Below are positions 60,268 to 64,000 of a stretch of 64,000 bases of DNA, piece by piece. This DNA comes from Felis catus. Lineage: Eukaryota. Numbering within the stretch: position 1 is the stretch's first letter; the number at the start of each line of letters is the position of its first letter. The notes under the pieces were generated by a model, which was not told the origin of the DNA, did not search any database, and saw nothing but the letters and a program-made list of their open reading frames with translations. A program made the translations under genes and the position numbers. The stretch covers positions 2,108,001 through 2,172,000 of the forward strand of contig NC_058383.1 in assembly GCF_018350175.1 (NCBI RefSeq). Reading direction: 5' to 3'.

Positions 60268-60499
60268 CTGAGGCCAGACGGCCCGGCAACAGCAAGGCCA
60301 CACGGACCGGGGGGGAGACAGGGAGGGAGGGCTGAGACGGGACGCGCCAGAGCCTCGGCCCGGCACGCGGCAGCCCGGACCACCCTGGACTTCACCACCC
60401 TCCGGTCAGCTCCCGTCTCCTGAGGCCCCACACCCCCGGCTGCTCCCATCTGTTCCCCTGACCCTCAAGCTACTACCCGCTAAGCCCACTGCCCTTCCA

Positions 60500-60995
60500 G
60501 GTGCTCCCTCCTGCCCCCCGCTGCTCCCTCCTGTCCCCCAGCTGCTCCCTCCTGCCCCCCCAGCTGCTCCCTCCTGCCCCCAGCTGCTCCCTCCTGCTCC
60601 ATAACCCCAGCTGCTCCCTCCTGCCCCCCGCTGCTCCCTCCTGTCCCCCGCTGCTCCCTCCTGCTCCATAACCCCAGCTGCTCCCTCCTGCCCCCAGCTG
60701 CTCCCTCCTGCTCCATAACCCCAGCTGCTCCCTCCTGCCCCCCGCTGCTCCCTCCTGCTCCATAACCCCAGCTGCTCCCTCCTACCCCCCGCTGCTCCCT
60801 CCTGCCCCCAGCTGCTCCCTCCTGCCCCCCCAGCTGCTCCCTCCTGCCCCCAGCTGCTCCCTCCTGCTCCATAACCCCAGCTGCTCCCTCCTGCTCCATA
60901 ACCCCAGCTGCTCCCTCCTGCCCCCCGCTGCTCCCTCCTGCCCCCAGCTGCTCCCTCCTGCTCCATATCCCCAGCTGCTCCCTCCTATCCCCCAT
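60500..60995 (+). repeat. Two-unit minisatellite, 22 copies of core tgctccctcct (20-22 bp and 27 bp units)
   Basis: Units gctgctccctcctgccccc(c)(a) interleaved with gctgctccctcctgctccataacccca. Confidence 0.97.
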
Positions 60996-61047
60996 CCCCC
61001 CCCTCGTTGTGGCCCCTGGGGGGCCTCCCCCCCAGGCCGGCCCTCAC

Positions 61048-61140
61048 CAGGTGCAGGCTGCGACAGTCCACCAGGGCGGTGAGGTGCTGCAGATTCACCT
61101 CTGTGCCGTTCAGCACCTCCTGGACACGGAGCAGGGGGTC
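61048..61140 (-). CDS. TTYH3: TTYH3 coding exon (probably 10; DPLLRVQEVLNGTEVNLQHLTALVDCRSLHL)
   Basis: ccccag|GAC ... CTG|gtgagg; 93 nt; NGT sequon and LVDCR motif. Confidence 0.96.
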
Positions 61141-61663
61141 CTGGGGGGACACGTGCCACACAAGGTCACCACCAGTCAGGAGGACAGGCCCCTGGGAGCC
61201 CCCATGTATCTGTCCACCCACACCCGTGGTCTTGGAACAGGCGTTGAGGACCCCAGGCTTCTAGAAATGATGACCCCAGAGTCTGTGCCCTGGCCTCAGG
61301 GGGACTGTTGAGGATTCGAGTAGAGCGGGGAAAGTAGGACCCACCGATGCCTGTCAAAACAGGAGAGGCGGCAAATACCCACGTGTCTTCTGACGGGGGT
61401 CTGGTTCTTTTACAAATCTCAGTTTACAGAACGGCGAAAGGGAAAGTGTTCATGGCATTTTAAATGACAAAACGTCATCCGAACCCTCTGTACAGAACGA
61501 GCCGGATCCTGTAGCATGTGTGTGCATGTCCGTGTGTGCACACGTATGTCTGTGTGTACGTGGGCACCTCCAGCCACATCTTCTCCGTGGAGAGATGACC
61601 TCACAGACACGTTTCAGGGTCGACAGCAACTCCTCTAGATCGACCACTGGACCTGGCACTGCC

Positions 61664-61870
61664 TTTTTATTTTTTAATGTTTATTTATTTTTGAGCCAGA
61701 GACGGAGTGCGAGCAGGGGAGGGGCAGAGAGAGGGACATAGAATCTGAAACAGGCTCCGGGCTCCCAGCTGTCAGCACAGAGCCCAACGCGGGGCTTGAA
61801 CTCACAACCTGCAAGATCATGACCTGAGCCGAAGTTAGACGCTCAACCGACTGAGCCACCCCGGGGCCCC
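61664..61870 (-). mobile_element. CAN-SINE (SINEC_Fc-like) in TTYH3 intron
   Basis: ttttaatgtttatttattttgag...gactgagccaccccggggcccc; imperfect TSD ctgcctttt on both sides. Confidence 0.92.
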
Positions 61871-61951
61871 CCAGCTCTGCCTTTTATAACACATATGCGA
61901 GGAACGCTCTGTGAGTCAGAAACGGATTTCAGGATGACAAAACTCGCTATT

Positions 61952-62338
61952 TATTAGGGGCTGAATTGTGTCCCCGCTCCCCAAATTCACGTTGCATATG
62001 CGTTACTAACCCTCAATACCTCAAAATGCGTATTTGGAGACGGAGCCTTTAAGGAGGTAGTTAGGGTAAGCAAAGGTCACGAGGGTGGGCCCCAATCCAC
62101 TAGGACTGACGTCTTTGTAAGAGGTCGGGGCACAGATACGCGCAGAGGGACGCGGGCGTGAGGACACGAGAACGTGGTGTCGATACGCCATGGAGAGAGG
62201 CCTCAGGAGGTCGCAGCCCTGCCTGTGCCCTGGCCCGTGCCCCTGACCTCCAGCCTCCAGAAGTGTCAGGAAATCCATCTCTGCCGTCTAAGCCCCCGGC
62301 GTGCGGTCTGTTCTGGCGGCCCCGGCACAAGGACGTAC
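61952..62338 (+). mobile_element. MaLR solo LTR (MLT1A/B-like)
   Basis: ggctgaattgtgtcccc...gtatttggagac...gggtgggccccaatcc...gacctccagcctccagaa. Confidence 0.75.
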
Positions 62339-62765
62339 CAACCTATCCGCTCAATTGCAAAACACCCAGGGGACGCCCCGGCTATACCAGAAATAGGAAG
62401 TAACTGTAACATGCATGCGCGCTTTTAACTTAAATTTCGTGAGTTTACTACAGAAGACCCAGCTGGTCACACAAGAAAGGCTGAGAGCCGAGCCGTGCCC
62501 ACTCTGCAGTGGTGCGCACGGGCCGGGCAGGGTTCCCATGTGCTGACCGGCACCTACGGGGAGCCTGGGATTTGCCAGGAGCACGGTAGCAAAGGTGTGG
62601 GGTGAGGTGCTCAGGCCCCAGAACATCAGCCCTCCAATTCCCGGAACACCGCTACGGGCTCGGGGGTGGGCCTTCCTTTGTTCCCACATCTGTCCCTATT
62701 TTCCTTATTATTCCTTATTTCTTTTAATTCAAACAGCATGCATTACTTTAAAAATAAAAAACAGA

Positions 62766-62992
62766 GGGGCGCCTGGGGGGCTCAGTCGGTCGAGCGTCCG
62801 ACTTCGGCTCAGGTCATGATCTCACGGCTCGTGGGTTGGAGCCCCACGTCAGGCTCTGTGCTGACAGCTCAGAGCCTGGAGCCTGCTTCAGGTTCTGTGT
62901 CTCCCTCTCTCTCTGCCCCAAACCTGCTCGCGCTCTCTCTCTCTCAAAGATAAACGCCGAGAAATACGTATACACGTACGTACGTTAAAAAG
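62766..62992 (+). mobile_element. CAN-SINE (SINEC_Fc-like) in TTYH3 intron
   Basis: ggggcgcctggggggctcagtcggtcgagcgtccgacttcggctcagg...; degenerate tail; aaacaga on both flanks. Confidence 0.92.
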
Positions 62993-63191
62993 AAGTAAGA
63001 AACAGACCTGTTTTTAAAAGCCTCCCACAATTGTCCAGGGAGATGAAGGGTGGACGCAGGGGAGAAGGGAGGGCACCGCCGGGAAGGGTGTGGAAGAGGC
63101 AGGGACCTCCGCAGGAGCCCGGCAGGGGGCACTGCCCCTCGCAGCATCTAGCCCTCTAGCTCCCCAGCTGGCCCACCGCCCACCCACTCAC

Positions 63192-63284
63192 CTTGGTGGC
63201 CGGGTACTCCCGGGGGACGGTCTTCAGCAGCTCGGCCACGACACCCTGCATCTCCACCAGCGCCTTGTGGCTGCCAGACAGCTT
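63192..63284 (-). CDS. TTYH3: TTYH3 coding exon (probably 9; KLSGSHKALVEMQGVVAELLKTVPREYPATK)
   Basis: gagcag|AAG ... AAG|gtgagt; 93 nt. Confidence 0.95.
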
Positions 63285-63931
63285 CTGCTCCACAGAGAGG
63301 CAGCTGACGGGCAGGGGCAGGGGCAGCCCATCTCTCCCACCCCAGGGCCACCCCCCCCCCACACGGGTCTGCCAGTCCCACTGCCCCGGGCCTGCGCCAG
63401 CCCGTGGGCACTCTGCTCTGTGGGCCCACGGGACACCCTTCCCTGGCTCCCCGCGAGCCTGCCCACGTATGCAGAGATGAGACAGATCACCAAAAACATG
63501 GTGTCTCTGAAACAGGTGGTTTTCAGGACCCCAGAGGGCCATGCAGTCACGTGGAGTGACAGGCAGGGGGCCGAAGGGTTTCCCTCCAAACCACCGTGAC
63601 GACACCTGTCCCGTCATTCCAGAGGTGGGCACGGGACCCCTCCTGCAGGGCGACGCTTGGCTTCGCTCTGCAGGGCCACCCAGGGGAACCCAAGAAATGA
63701 AAGGAATCCCAGGTATTTCAGGGCGGTAGGCCGTCCACCCCAAAAGGCTTGCACCGAGGGCATCAGGGCGCAGACCCCAGGGGCAGTTAGTGATGTCAGT
63801 GTGGCCTTCATCTGGCTGCTCCTCGGGTCCCAGGGTCCAATCACGTCTGAGAGGGGTTGGGGGCCGTGGGGGTCAGGGCCCGTGTGGCCCCCTCCCGCCC
63901 GCACCGGGGCAGGAGCACCCCCGGCACTCAC

Positions 63932-63987
63932 CTGCTGGAAGGGGTTGGAGGCACGGGGCGAGCAGGCCAAGTAGTACTCCAAGATGT
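63932..63987 (-). CDS. TTYH3: TTYH3 coding exon (probably exon 8; ILEYYLACSPRASNPFQQ); gene continues beyond the window end
   Basis: ctctgcag|AC ... CAG|gtgagt; 56 nt; tweety-family YYLxC...NPFQQ motif. Confidence 0.95.
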
Positions 63988-64000
63988 CTGCAGAGAGAGG

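Noticed and set aside
60406..60995. CRISPR-like repeat/spacer appearance and repetitive ORFs
   Set aside because: No unique spacers, no cas genes, mammalian intron; it is a minisatellite.
63285..63290. GAGCAG tandem acceptor before the TTYH3 exon at 63284
   Set aside because: GAG is a poor acceptor; the CAG site gives the expected protein.

Overview
Very GC/CpG-rich mammalian genomic DNA, from a feliform carnivore (probably a felid) judging by SINEC_Fc-type CAN-SINEs. Three spliced protein-coding genes were reconstructed by hand. GRIFIN (minus strand, 5 coding exons, 144 aa, 1309-2598) and LFNG/Lunatic fringe (plus strand, 8 coding exons, 378 aa, 37182-44755, CpG-island promoter, ~1.1 kb 3'UTR) are complete. 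The 3' half of TTYH3 (minus strand, last 7 coding exons, 55331-63987, ~3.1 kb 3'UTR) converges on LFNG. The ~34 kb between GRIFIN and LFNG shows no credible coding gene. It holds old transposons (MIR, L2, MLT1, MER20, MER33), CAN-SINEs, satellites and candidate enhancers. Nearly all long ORFs in the supplied track are artefacts of GC richness or repeats. I found no evidence of a wholly new biological system. The best leads are: an extra in-frame TTYH3 exon that would replace the PPxY tail; an LFNG Gly-to-Arg change that creates a NAGNAG acceptor; clustered LFNG substitutions; RFX/SOX/RBPJ/octamer motif clusters; an LTR-like promoter facing LFNG; and a gene order that differs from human. Orthologue comparisons and repeat family names are from memory and need database confirmation.
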